Origin: Eledone cirrhosa | Taxonomy: Eukaryota | Length of the DNA stretch: 64,000 nucleotides | Direction of reading: 5' to 3' | NCBI GenBank assembly: GCA_964016885.1 | Contig: OZ024741.1 | Span: 165,850,001 to 165,914,000, forward strand | Shown: positions 1 to 11,507 of the stretch, piece by piece | Layout of the letters: each line of letters starts with the position of its first letter | How positions within the stretch are numbered: the first letter of the stretch is position 1 | The notes under the pieces: generated by a model | Database searches by the model: none | What the model saw: the letters and a program-made list of their open reading frames with translations, nothing else | What the model was told of the DNA's origin: nothing | Program-made: the position numbers and the translations under genes

Positions 1-275
1 ATGTGAGAGTGTGTGTGTGTGTCTATGTGAGAGAGAGAGAGTGAGCGTCTATGTGAGAGTGTGTGTGTGTGTCTATGTGAGAGTGAGTGTGTCTATGTGA
101 GAGAGAGTGTGTGTGTCTATGTGAGTGAGAGAGAGTGTGTGTCTATGTGAGAGAGAGAGTGTGTGTCTATGTGAGAGAGAGAGAAACTGTGTGTATATGA
201 GAGAGAGAGAGAGTGTGTGTGTGTGTGTGTGTGTGTGAGGGAGAGAGTGAGAAAGCGAGAGAGAAAGAGAAGAGA
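1..275. repeat. Compound (GT)n/(GA)n microsatellite with GTCTATGTGA spacers
   Basis: Directly visible repeats; explains ORF 73..312. Confidence 0.95.
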
Positions 276-397
276 GCAGCAACAGTAGTAATGGTGGCCA
301 AAGCAACACCAAATTTTTTATCTATATTATGAGAAGGGGGGGGGGTGAAAAGGAATTACTTGTTAAAACTTCTGTCATGCTGTGGAAAGCAGATGGT

Positions 398-442
<45 letters not shown>

Positions 443-594
443 AGAGGGCAAAGGTGGAGGTAGTGCTGCCAAAATGTTATTTTTTTAAACCAATACTGTA
501 CAAAAAAAAATGTTTATTCTCAAATCATGAGTAAAATATTCTATTTTGGTAGTTTCAGTCATTTGTTAAATTTATTCAATATAGTTTGTAGTGT

Positions 595-1010
595 TCATCA
601 TCATCCTCATCACCGTTTAACGTCCATCTTCCACACTAGCATGGGTTTGGACGGGAATTGTCCCACTTGAGGCAAGATTGGTTGTCTTGCTCGTATGGGG
701 CTGTGTCTGGCAGGTTTTCTATGGCTGGATGCCCTTCCTAACACCAACCACGTTTACAATATGGACTGGGAGGTTTTTACCGTGTTACCTACACGGCCAC
801 ATTACAACGTGGACTGTCTGTTTTTTGTCGTGACACCTACACGACCTCATTTATTTAGGACTGGATGTTGTAGTACCAACATAACTTTACAGAGAAAGGG
901 GTGGTGTAGATGGGGGTGGGGGTAGGGGTAGTGGGACGGGGTGTATTTTGGTTAAGAGGTGCCTACTGACTGTAGGTTTCGCTTTGTACTTAGGCAATGC
1001 GCCAAAGATC
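595..1010 (-). mobile_element. Non-autonomous RTE-derived (bipartite, SINE-like) element with (GAT)n tail
   Basis: CATCAT tail, TTTAACGTCC...CATGGG terminus and GGATGCCCTTCCTAACACC core; similar to 5633-6020 and 36860-37282. Confidence 0.8.
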
Positions 1011-1036
1011 TCGTATATATTATTTGTGTGTATGTA

Positions 1037-1195
1037 TATATATTTATTTAATGGCTAAATGGTGAGCTTTGTTACTCTGGAGTTTCACCCGGACACTTCC
1101 AGGAATATTGGACAAGTCATCTCATGATCCAGCGAGTACACAGGTGAAACTCCAGAGTAACAAGGCTCACCACTTAGCCATTAAATAAATATATA
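1037..1195. repeat. Palindrome (53-bp arms) mirroring a hammerhead 3' half
   Basis: Arms 1037-1089 and 1143-1195; right arm reads GAAA-CTC-CA-GAG-TA; related copy at 59781-59863. Confidence 0.8.
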
Positions 1196-1419
1196 AACTC
1201 TACTTCGGCATTGAGTACTTTTTCTCACGCCTGTCAAGAATATACACGGGCACGTTAAAATTTAATCATACACTCACACATCTCATGAACACACACACAA
1301 AATATACTTCAACAGACATACAGTACACACAATCAAAATTACATTCACTCACACTTGCATGCCCACTACCACATGGATATACCCATACACACACACTATC
1401 TTTGATACTTTACAAAATT

Positions 1420-1764
1420 CTCTACAATTTTCTTTATGGCCCCATTCCGTCACGAATGACCATGGTTTTGCACCTAGAAAGTTCCCCTCCGAGGCACAAG
1501 TCCAGGCAAGGTTGTTTGTGGGAGACCAGCAGTTACCGATGCATACCAGTCTCCCCTCTCCATGCCAACAATGTTGTCCAAGGGAAAGGCAATGACCGAT
1601 ACAGCTTGGCACCAGTGACGTCGCAACTCATTTCTACAGCTGAGTAAACTGGAGCAACGAAAAATAAAGTGTCTTGCTCAAGGACATAACGCATCACCTG
1701 GTCCGAGAATTGAACTCACAACCTCTCAATTGCAAGCCCAATGCTCTAACCATTAGACATGCGC
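1420..1764 (-). mobile_element. tRNA-derived SINE
   Basis: Minus strand shows A/B-box-like head (TAATGGTTAGAGC...GAGTTCAATTC) then GTCCTTGAGCAAGACACT core; similar copies at 17645-17900 (+), 32760-32905 (-), 42095-42380 (+). Confidence 0.75.
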
Positions 1765-1801
1765 AGGACTTTACAAAATATACCTTTAAAAATCACACGT
1801 A

Positions 1802-2028
1802 TAATCCTTTAATGTTCAAACCGGCCAAAACCAGCCAGAATTCTCTACCTCTTTCTGTTGAAACTGGCTGTAACTGGTCGCTCATACTGATGTTAAGGTA
1901 TTGTTCTCAAAATAAATATTTTCAAAATCTCATAGATTCGATATTATGTGAGATAATTATGTGAGGTAAAGCCTTTACCATGAAAATACGTTAGTATATA
2001 TAGAGTTATGTGAATGCTAAAGGGTTAA
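1802..2028 (+). mobile_element. TTAA-flanked (piggyBac-like) MITE
   Basis: Ends AATGCTAAAGGG-TTAA; same family as 2746-4465, 10700-10926, 25030-25231. Confidence 0.75.
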
Positions 2029-2050
2029 ACATACACTTACACTCATACAT

Positions 2051-2436
2051 ATAATTGTTTCTACTTTTGGCACAAGGCCAGCAATTATACAGTACATTAC
2101 TGGTACTTTATTTTATCAACCTCATAAGGATGAAAGGCAAAGTTAACCTCGACGGGATTTGAACTCAGACCGTAAAGAGACGTAACTATGCTAGAAAGCA
2201 TGGCGTCCAACCCTCTACCGATACTGCCAATTCACCGCCCTACATATAATTGTTTCTACTTTTGACACAAGGCCAGCAATTACATAGTGTATTACTGGTA
2301 CTTTATTTTATCGACCCCATAAGGATGAAAGGCAAAGTTAACCTCGGTGGAATTTGAACTCAGAATGGCAAGGGCTGTAACTCTATGCGTCAAAGCATGG
2401 CGTCCGACCCTCTACCGATACTGCCAATCCACCGCC
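2051..2436 (-). mobile_element. Two tandem tRNA-derived SINEs with Meta-domain-like core
   Basis: tRNA-like head, TTTGCCTTTCATCCTTAYGGGGTCGATAAAATAAAGTACCAGT core and TGGCCTTGTGCCAAAAGTAGAAAC tail; many copies across the window. Confidence 0.8.
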
Positions 2437-3059
2437 GCCCTACATATAATGACATATAATTCACACTCATACATATAATGACACTAATACACACTCTACT
2501 TTTCGTTCCAACTTGGGAGAGGGTGTAATAACAGAAACTGACCAGAGTACTTGATTGGTACTTTATTTTATCACATCTAGAACAAATGGAAAATCGACCA
2601 CGATGAGATTTGAACTCATATATACTTGTTTTAAACCAGGTACAATGAGATGAGTAAGGCTAATTGGACTGACTTTGCCCGCCCATATTACTAGTAACAA
2701 ATTTATTGATCAAGAAAGGTGAAAGACAATCAACTACAACAAATTTTAACCCTTTAGCATTTAAACCGGCAGTATCCGACCAGAATTCTCTCACTTCTTT
2801 CTATTCAAACCAGCCGTAACTAGCCACTCATACTTATGTTAAGGTGTTGTTCTCAAAATAAATAATATTAAAATCTTGTAGATATCATGCGAGATAAGGC
2901 CTTTACTGTGAAAATACAATAGTATACAGGGTGTGGACGATATTTGTTCGCAATTTTCAACTGCTAATTTTATGCAAATTTTTTTTACTTCCGTTGTCAC
3001 TCTTGTCTTCATAAAAACAGTGACTATATTTCCATTATTTATTTTCAGAATAATTGATT

Positions 3060-4309
3060 ATGAATAATTTTGAACCTCCAGATTTGTGGAAGAGACATGG
3101 AGTTCTTTTTGGAATCCGCGTCAGGAGAACAAATAAGGAAATTTCAGACTTTCTCAGCATCAGCAGGAGAATGGTGGAAAAGGTCACCAAGTTGGAACGA
3201 AAAGTAGAGTGTGTATTAGTGTCATTATATGTATGAGTGTGAATTATATGTCATTATATGTAGGGCGGCGGTGGATTGGCAGTATCGGTAGAGGGTCGGA
3301 CGCCATGCTTTGACGCATAGAGTTACAGCCCTTGCCATTCTGAGTTCAAATTCCACCGAGGTTAACTTTGCCTTTCATCCTTATGGGGTCGATAAAATAA
3401 AGTACCAGTAATACACTATGTAATTGCTGGCCTTGTGTCAAATGAATTGGAAGATTCAGGATTCGACTAAGAAGATAGAGAGGAAAACACATGATCAACG
3501 ATCTGATGCCTTCAGAACACCCTAGTTTGTGGCTGAAGTTCAGGATATCATCAACAATGAACCTAGCAAGTCGATGCATGCCATTGCAAGGGAGGAAGGC
3601 GTGGATGAAAAGCTCATTAGGCTGGTGGTACATTCGCTACGTTTCATACAAGATGAGGAAAGGACAATTTCTGTCAAAGGCGATGCAAGAAAAGCGACTG
3701 AAGCATGCAAAGAAGCTGATCAACAAGTGGTGTTTCAAAAACTTCTGCCAAGACCAGAAGATCAACTCCCAGAACAACAGGTGGCTCGCTGTCTCATCCA
3801 AAGACGTGCCCAGAGTCATGCAGACAAAGTTTCCAGCGACAACATTGGTCTTAGGTGTCGTCAGCAGTCAAGGTGACGTCATGCCACCTCACTTCTTCCC
3901 TGAGGGCCTCAAGCTGAACACCGATGGCTACATCCGCGTTCTGAGTGAGGTAGTAAAGACCTAGATTGACCAGGTAGCTGCAGGTAGGCCGTACGTGTGG
4001 CAACAAAACTCAGCGCCCTGCCATACCAGCCGAAAGATCCAAGCCTGGCTGTCAGAGTACTTCGTCGACCACACTTCACCTGACATCTGGCCTCCCAGCT
4101 CGCCTGACTGCAACCCCCTCGACTTCTTTGTGTGGGGCGCAGTGGAACGAGACACCAACAGATCTAGCTGCAATACAAAAGACGATCTGAAGGCCAGGAT
4201 CACTAGTGCCTTTAGGGGCCTAAGTCGGGAGACAGTGACGAAGGCCTGTAGCAGGTTCCGAGGCCACCTTGAGGCCGTCATCAAAGCCAATGGCGGGTTT
4301 ATCGAGTGA
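3060..4309 (+). pseudogene. maT DD37D transposase pseudogene
   Basis: ORF fragments 3054-3236, 3529-3876, 3491-3964 and 3995-4309 (KFPATTLVLGVVS, MPPHFF, SPDCNPLDFFVWG). Confidence 0.88.
3187..3442 (+). repeat. 256-bp inverted copy of 2261-2516 inserted in the transposase
   Basis: Reverse complement matches the SINE and its unique flank at 2261-2516. Confidence 0.9.
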
Positions 4310-4580
4310 GATCAAAAGAACAAGTCATGAAGACAAACTGACCCAAGTTTGATAAATATATCTTATAAAATAAAACTACTGAGTTATTTTTTCCTAGACA
4401 GTAATCTTGCGTACAAATATCATCCGCACCCTGTATATAGAGTAATGTAAATGCTCAAAGGTTAAACTGACCGTATCCGGCCAGAATTCTCTCACCTCCA
4501 TCTGTTCAAACTGGCAGTAACCAGCCACTCATACTTATATTAGGGTGTTGTTCTCAAAATAAATATCAAAATCTCGTAGA

Positions 4581-5632
4581 AATTGTGAGATAAAGCCTTT
4601 ACTGTGAAAATACAATAGTATATATAGAGTAATGTAAATGTCATGTGAGATATTATGTGAGGTAAAGCCTTTACTGTGAAAATACAAAGGTATATATAGA
4701 GTAATGTAAATGTCATGTGAGATATTATGTGAGGTAAAGCCTTTACTGTGAAAATACAATGGTATATATAGAGTAATGTAAATGTCATGTGAGATATTAT
4801 GTGAGGTAAAGCCTTTACTGTGAAAATACAATGGTATATATAGAGTAATGTAAATGTCATGTGAGATATTATGTGAGGTAAAGCCTTTACTGTGAAAATA
4901 CAATGGTATTTATAGAGTAATGTAAATGTCATGTGAGATATTATGTGAGGTAAAGCCTTTACTGTGAAAATACAAAGGTATATATAGAGTAATGTAAATG
5001 TCATGTGACATATTATGTGAGGTAAAGCCTTTACTGTGAAAATACAATGGTATATATAGAGTAATGTAAATGTCATGTGACATATGTGAGGTAAAGCCTT
5101 TACTGTGGAAATACAATGGTATATATAGAGTAATGTAAATGTCATGTGAGATATTATGTGAGGTAAAGCCTTTACTGTGAAAATACAATGGTATATATAG
5201 AGTAATGTAAATGTCATGTGAGATATTATGTGAGGTAAAGCCTTTACTGTGAAAATACAAAGGTATATATAGAGTAATGTAAATGTCATGTGAGATATTA
5301 TGTGAGGTAAAGCCTTTACTGTGAAAATACAATGGTATATATAGAGTAATGTAAATGTAAATGTCATGTGAGATATTATGTGAGGTAAAGCCTTTACTGT
5401 GAAAATACAATGGTATATATAGAGTAATGTAAATGTCATGTGACATATTATGTGAGGTAAAGCCTTTACTGTGGAAATACAATGGTATTTATAGAGTAAT
5501 GTAAATGTCATGTGAGATATTATGTGAGGTAAAGCCTTTACTGTGAAAATACAATGGTATATATAGAGTAATGTAAATGTCATGTGACATATTATGTGAG
5601 ATAAAGCCTTTACTGTGAAAATACAATGGTAT
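4581..5632. repeat. 72-bp satellite, array 1 (about 14 units)
   Basis: Unit GTAATGTAAATGTCATGTGAGATATTATGTGAGGTAAAGCCTTTACTGTGAAAATACAATGGTATATATAGA. Confidence 0.97.
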
Positions 5633-7405
5633 CATCATCATCATCATCATCAACGTTTAACGTCCGTGTTCCACGCTTGCATGGGTTTGGACGGGGGTAG
5701 TCCCACTTGAGGCAAGAGTGATTGTCTTGCTCGCATAGGACTGTCTGGCAGGTTTTCTACAGTTGGATGCCCTTCCTAACACCAACCACATTTACAGTGT
5801 GGGTCTGGGAGGTTTTTACCGTGTTGCCTACACGGCCACATTACAGCGTGGACTGTGTGTTTTTTTGTCGTGACACCTACACGATCTCATTTGTTTCGGC
5901 CTCGATGGCGCGGCACCAACATAACTTTACATAGAACGGGGTGGTGTGGATCGGGTGGGGGTGGTGGTGGTGGGACGGGGTGTATTTTGTTAGAGATGCC
6001 TACTGGCTGGAGTAGGTTTTACTATATATTTAGGTAAGGCGGGTCTTCACTGTTACTGAGTACCGCCAAAGGTCTCGGTCCAGTGACATTGTCTTGGAGA
6101 GGTGTAAGTGTGTGATGTCGGAGTTTATCAGCTCGTCCCAGGTTTTTCTAGGTCTGCCTATTCCGTGACTACCGTCTATCTTTATTGCCCTGCACTTTGT
6201 TATACAGCTATCGACTTTCATGCGCATCACGTGTCCATACCAACGTAGCCTTCTCTCGAGTAAACAACATCTAATCCCTCTTATTTCTAATTTTTTCCTT
6301 AGTTCGTTTATGCTTTGCCGTTCACGTATATTACTGTTACACATCCAGCGGAGCATGCAAGCTTCGTTCCTCTCTAGTCTGCGTATATCCTCTGCACACA
6401 ATGCCCAGGTCTCACTGCCATGCAGCATTGCTGTTCGTATGCAGGCATCGTACAACCTGCCTTTCATTTTTAGTGAGAACCCTTTAGCAGCTAATAGTGG
6501 TATAAGCTCTCTGAACTTTTTCCAACCAGTTCTGACTCTAGCTACAGTACTTTCAGAGCACCCTCCCCCACTGCTGATTTTATCGCCTAGGTAACGGAAG
6601 CTGTCCACTATTTCTATAGAACCCTCTGCGCAATTGAAAGAGCTAGTAGTTTGTGGGCACTTGCTGCTACTTATTGCACCAGAGCACCGGCCACATGTAA
6701 AATCTATGTTCTTAGTTAGCTTACCTGTGATCCCACTACATCTTTTATGCACCCATACTTTGCATTTAGGACATAAAATGGAGTTTCTACCTACGCCTTT
6801 CCTACACACCGAGCACGACCATTTCCCAGAAGGGACCGCCGCCTTGTTTTCTTTCCTACAAACTAGTACTTGGTCTTAGCCAGGTTATTTTAAGTCCTTT
6901 GGACTCTAGCCGGTGCGCATTTGGAGAGGCGCGTTAGCTGGGGTGGCCGTGGATTCCCATGTTTTGGAATTTCTTCTCTAGCTCGGCCATTGATTCCGCT
7001 ATGAGTGTCAGGTCGTCTGCGTATAGGAGTTCCCATGGGCAGCCTGTCTTGAACTCCTCTGTTATAGCCTGAAGGGCAATAATAAATAGTAGTGGGCTGA
7101 GAACAGAGCCCTGATGGACGCCAACTTTTACGCTAAACTCTTCACTATATTCGTTGTTAATTCTAACCTTGCTGACTGTTTCTTTATACATGGCTTGTAT
7201 AGCCCTCACAAGCCATTCGTCAACACCTAGTTTTCTAAGAGCCCACCAGATAATGGAGCGGGGGACTCTGTCGAAGGCTTTCTCCAAGTCGACAAAAGCT
7301 AAGTAGAGGGGTTTACCTTTAGCTAGGTGCTTCTCCTGTAGTTGTCGTACTATGAAAAGAGCGTCTGTGGTACTTTTGCCTGACACAAACCCGAACTGCA
7401 TTTCA
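5633..7405 (-). mobile_element. 5'-truncated RTE LINE inserted in the satellite
   Basis: RT motifs MQFGF, FVDLEKAFDRVP, GVHQGSVLSPLLF, LLYADDL, RRLRWYGHVMRM, GRPRKTW; (GAT)n tail at 5633. Confidence 0.95.
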
Positions 7406-9084
7406 ATAGAGTAATGTAAACGTCATGTGACATATTATGTGAGGTAAAGCCTTTACTGTGAAAATACAATGGTATATATAGAGTAATGTAAATGTCATGT
7501 GAGATATTATGTGAGGTAAAGCCTTTACTGTGAAAATACAATGGTATATATAGAGTAATGTAAATGTCATGTGAGATATTGTGAGGTAAAGCCTTTACTG
7601 TGAAAATACAATGGTATATATAGAGTAATGTAAATGTCATGTGAGATATTATGTGAGGTAAAGCCTTTACTGTGAAAATACAATGGTATATATAGAGTAA
7701 TGTAAATGTCATGTGAGATATTATGTGAGGTAAAGCCTTTACTGTGAAAATACAATGGTATATATAGAGTAATGTAAATGTCATGTGAGATATTATGTGA
7801 GGTAAATCCTTTACTGTGAAAATACAATGGTATATATAGAGTAATGTAAATGTCATGTGAGATATTATGTGAGGTAAAGCCTTTACTGTGAAAATACAAT
7901 GGTATATATAGAGTAATGTAAATGTCATGTGAGATATTATGTGAGGTAAAGCCTTTACTGTGAAAATACAAAGGTATATATAGAGTAATGTAAATGTCAT
8001 GTGAGATATTATGTGAGGTAAAGCCTTTACTGTGAAAATACAATGGTATATATAGAGTAATGTAAATGTCATGTGAGATATTATGTGAGGTAAAGCCTTT
8101 ACTGTGAAAATACAATGGTATATATAGAGTAATGTAAATGTCATGTGACATATTATGTGAGGTAAAGCCTTTACTGTGAAAATACAATAGTATTTATAGA
8201 GTAATGTAAATGTCATGTGAGATATTATGTGAGGTAAAGCCTTTACTGTGAAAATACAATGGTATATATAGAGTAATGTAAATGTCATGTGACATATTAT
8301 GTGAGGTAAAGCCTTTACTGTGAAAATACAATGGTATATATAGAGTAATGTAAATGTCATGTGACATATTATGTGAGGTAAAGCCTTTACTGTGAAAATA
8401 CAATGGTATATATAGAGTAATGTAAATGTCATGTAAGATATTATGTGAGGTAAAGCCTTTACTGTGAAAATACAATGGTATATATAGAGTAATGTAAATG
8501 TCATGTGAGATATTATGTGAGGTAAAGCCTTTACTGTGAAAATACAATGGTATATATAGAGTAATGTAAATGTCATGTGAGATATTATGTGAGGTAAAGC
8601 CTTTACTGTGAAAATACAATGGTATATATAGAGTAATGTAAATGTCATGTGAGATATTATGTGAGGTAAAGCCTTTACTGTGAAAATACAATGGTATATA
8701 TAGAGTAATGTAAATGTCATGTGAGATATTATGTGAGGTAAAGCCTTTACTGTGAAAATACAATGGTATATATAGAGTAATGTAAATGTCATGTGAGATA
8801 TTATGTGAGGTAAAGCCTTTACTGTGAAAATACAATGGTATATATAGAGTAATGTAAATGTCATGTGAGATATTATGTGAGGTAAAGCCTTTACTGTGAA
8901 AATACAATGGTATATATAGAGTAATGTAAATGTCATGTGAGATATTATGTGAGGTAAAGCCTTTACTGTGAAAATACAATGGTATATATAGAGTAATGTA
9001 AATGTCATGTGAGATATTATGTGAGGTAAAGCCTTTACTGTGAAAATACAATGGTATATATAGAGTAATGTAAATGCTAAAGGG
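7406..9084. repeat. 72-bp satellite, array 2 (about 23 units), ending in the MITE terminus
   Basis: Same unit; finishes GTAATGTAAATGCTAAAGGG. Confidence 0.97.
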
Positions 9085-9121
9085 TAAATCTTGAAAAAGA
9101 AATAAAATGCACTTTATATAA

Positions 9122-9405
9122 TGCCCATTCCAAACATGCGGCCCACAGGCCATATGCAGCCATTTACAAGCACACCTGCGGGCATTTACAAGCACACCTG
9201 CGGGCATTTACAAGCACTCCTGCGGCCCTTTACAAGCACACCTGCGATCCACATAAAGGTTTTTAAAGCGTGAGCATGTTTTATTTTCGTAATATAAAAT
9301 TTTTAAATGTGTTGTAATGAGCGCAATTAGTTGTTGTGTGTGGCCCTCAGACAACACATATGTGACCCATGTGGCCCTCCTGGGACCCTCAGTTTCACAT
9401 GCCTG
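9122..9405 (+). mobile_element. hAT-like MITE with internal 22-bp tandem repeats
   Basis: Ends CAGTTTCACATGCCTG; homologous to 29797-29971, which has CAGGCATGTCAAAC TIRs. Confidence 0.65.
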
Positions 9406-10059
9406 CCATAAATAATCACTACATTGCCTAAATTAGGATTTTGATGGCATTTCTTTAAAAAATATTTTCACAGATATTCAATATTAATGTACCATAACAA
9501 GAACAGCATTAACTATTTGTCCTCTACATTCAATATATAACTACACCAAATTTGTTTTCACTTATTAACTGTTGTTGCTTTAACCAGTGATGAATAATCA
9601 TGTTGCATGAATCTTCATTATTTAATTATTGTTATTTGCATAACTTCTATGTTTACAAATATGTAACCATGTCTATTTAAAGATAATATATCAGCATAAT
9701 CCCCATCGCTGTTTAACATCTATTTGCCATGCTGGCATGGGTTAAACTGGTTATCTACTGTGGCCAGATTGATCAGGTGACCACATCTGGCCCGAACATT
9801 CTGTTTTGGGCATGGTTTCTATGGTTGGATGCCCTTCCTAATTCCAACTTTATATAGATTGGTAAATTATGGCAGCTTTAGTATTATAACTGGTTCTTAT
9901 TTTATTAATCTCAGAGATGACAAAGTGAAAACCAGCCAAATCTGAACTCTAAACACAAAGACTTTATATAAAAAAAAAAAAAGAAAACACAAGACTAATT
10001 GGCATAAAATCACTCAGACATGCTCCAACCACTGGCCCATAAACAAACTGTCCCCTTTG

Positions 10060-10390
10060 TTTTGTTTTTTCTACTGCCACTATGATGGCACCTGTTCTTC
10101 ATAGGTAGCTGATTTAAGCTATTTCCACTCAGGAATTCAAGACTTACTCATCCTTCCTCTTTTTACTATCCATCCCACCCCCCTCCAATTCCCACAACAG
10201 CCACTGTACACAGCCCTTCCTGCCCAGAATGTCATCCCTCTGAAATTCCCTCCCTGTTCAAGTTTTTACTTCAGACATCGACTTGCAATAGTTTAGACAG
10301 AACATCAATGACATCATTCTCACCAGTTTTGGAGGACATATGAAAGCTATGGGCACTGCACCTTCCTCCAGACCTAACAAGTAAGAAAAA
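10060..10390 (+). mobile_element. Decayed CR1/Jockey-group LINE 3' fragment
   Basis: Translates loosely to PFLPRMSSL*NSLPVQVF...LQ*FRQNIN, like the RT C-terminal SFFPRTxxLWNSLP motif. Confidence 0.45.
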
Positions 10391-10699
10391 CATTTAAACT
10401 CAATATTTGAAAGTTTCTGCCAACCCCACTACCAGACCTTTATACACAAAATATATAATTCTTCGTTCAATACTTTTTTGTTTTTAATTCTATCTACTTA
10501 AAAATTATATATAATTAACTAATGACACAAAAGCTGGACAGCAATCCAATTACCATATAAAAGTATAATTTAATTGACCCATGCCAAAAATAGTATGTTA
10601 GACAATTGAAGAAATTAATGTTCTATTACAGCAATAAATGAAACCTCCTATGTCGCACTGACATATTACACAGCACACTAACGGAGGAGACATAAAAAC

Positions 10700-10926
10700 T
10701 TATCCCTTTAGCATATCCATTACTCTATATTTCCTATTGTATTTTCACTATAAAAGCTTTATCTTACTTAATTATCTCACATAATATCGAATCTACGAGA
10801 TCTTGATGGTATTTATTTTGAGAATACCTTAACGTTTGGTATGAGCAGCTGTTTACGGCCAGTCTGAACAGAAAGAGGTGAGAGAATTCTGGCCAGATAT
10901 GACTGGTTTAAATGCTAATGGGTTAA
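10700..10926 (-). mobile_element. TTAA MITE
   Basis: CCCTTTAGCAT ... AATGCTAATGGG-TTAA. Confidence 0.75.
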
Positions 10927-10934
10927 ACATTAAT

Positions 10935-11029
10935 TGTTTCTACTTTTGGCACAAGGCCGGCAATTAGCCAGTGCATTACTGGTACTTTATTTTATCGACC
11001 CCGTAAGGATGAAAGGCAAAGTTAACTTC
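10935..11029 (-). mobile_element. 5'-truncated Meta-like SINE with 15-bp TSD
   Basis: GGGTTAAACATTAAT repeated at 10920 and 11030. Confidence 0.8.
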
Positions 11030-11306
11030 GGGTTAAACATTAATGAAACACATAAGTAGCTGTAGTTGCTCTATTGAACGATAAAGAACGGGGGTAAATT
11101 ACTAAGGGACGTCTGCTGCATGAAAACATACAGCTAAGTGAAATCTAATATTCTTATTGTAGAGAGTATTTCTTTTAACATCTAGACTGAGGAGAATATA
11201 TCATCAGGTTCAATAATTAATTCTGGTCAAGAAAAGCAATCTAAATTGATTAAAAATCGAATAAGAGAAGGCAGGCAATGAGGAATGGAGTTTGATATGG
11301 TGACAA

Positions 11307-11347
11307 CTCTGGACATGTTTCAGCCTTATTATATCTCTTCAGCAAAG
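11307..11347 (-). ncRNA. Minimal type I hammerhead ribozyme motif (stem II decayed)
   Basis: CTTTG-CTGAAGA-...-GAAA-CATG-TC-CAGAG; stem I CTTTG/CAGAG; palindromic stem III. Confidence 0.55.
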
Positions 11348-11507
11348 CATAGTTTGAACAGGACATGCCAAATCCTTGATGACAAGGATTTGAAATAGAT
11401 CAGCAGAAGTAATTAATACTGACAAGCTGACTTTGATTAGGGAAACTAGTCAAGTTTATTCTTAATTATGGTCTGCAAAGAAACTCTTGTGGCTTAACTA
11501 ATGGGTT

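Larger units (their letters stand above)
2927..4433 (+). mobile_element. Tc1/mariner DD37D (maT) transposon, defective
   Basis: TIRs CAGGGTGTGGACGATATTTGT / ACAAATATCATCCGCACCCTG with TA TSD; QQ(N)SAPCH...WPPSSPDCNPLD has 37-residue spacing; stops and frameshifts. Confidence 0.92.
2746..4465 (+). mobile_element. TTAA MITE interrupted by a maT transposon
   Basis: TTAA-CCCTTTAGCATTT at 2746 and AATGCTCAAAGG-TTAA at 4465; the MITE resumes after 4435. Confidence 0.8.

Noticed and set aside
4581-9076. CRISPR-like array
   Set aside because: Contiguous tandem units with no unique spacers, in a eukaryotic context.
7350-9207. 552-aa and 337-aa minus-strand ORFs (also 4535-5583)
   Set aside because: Translations of a stop-free 72-bp (24-codon) satellite unit in two frames; the unit derives from a non-coding MITE.
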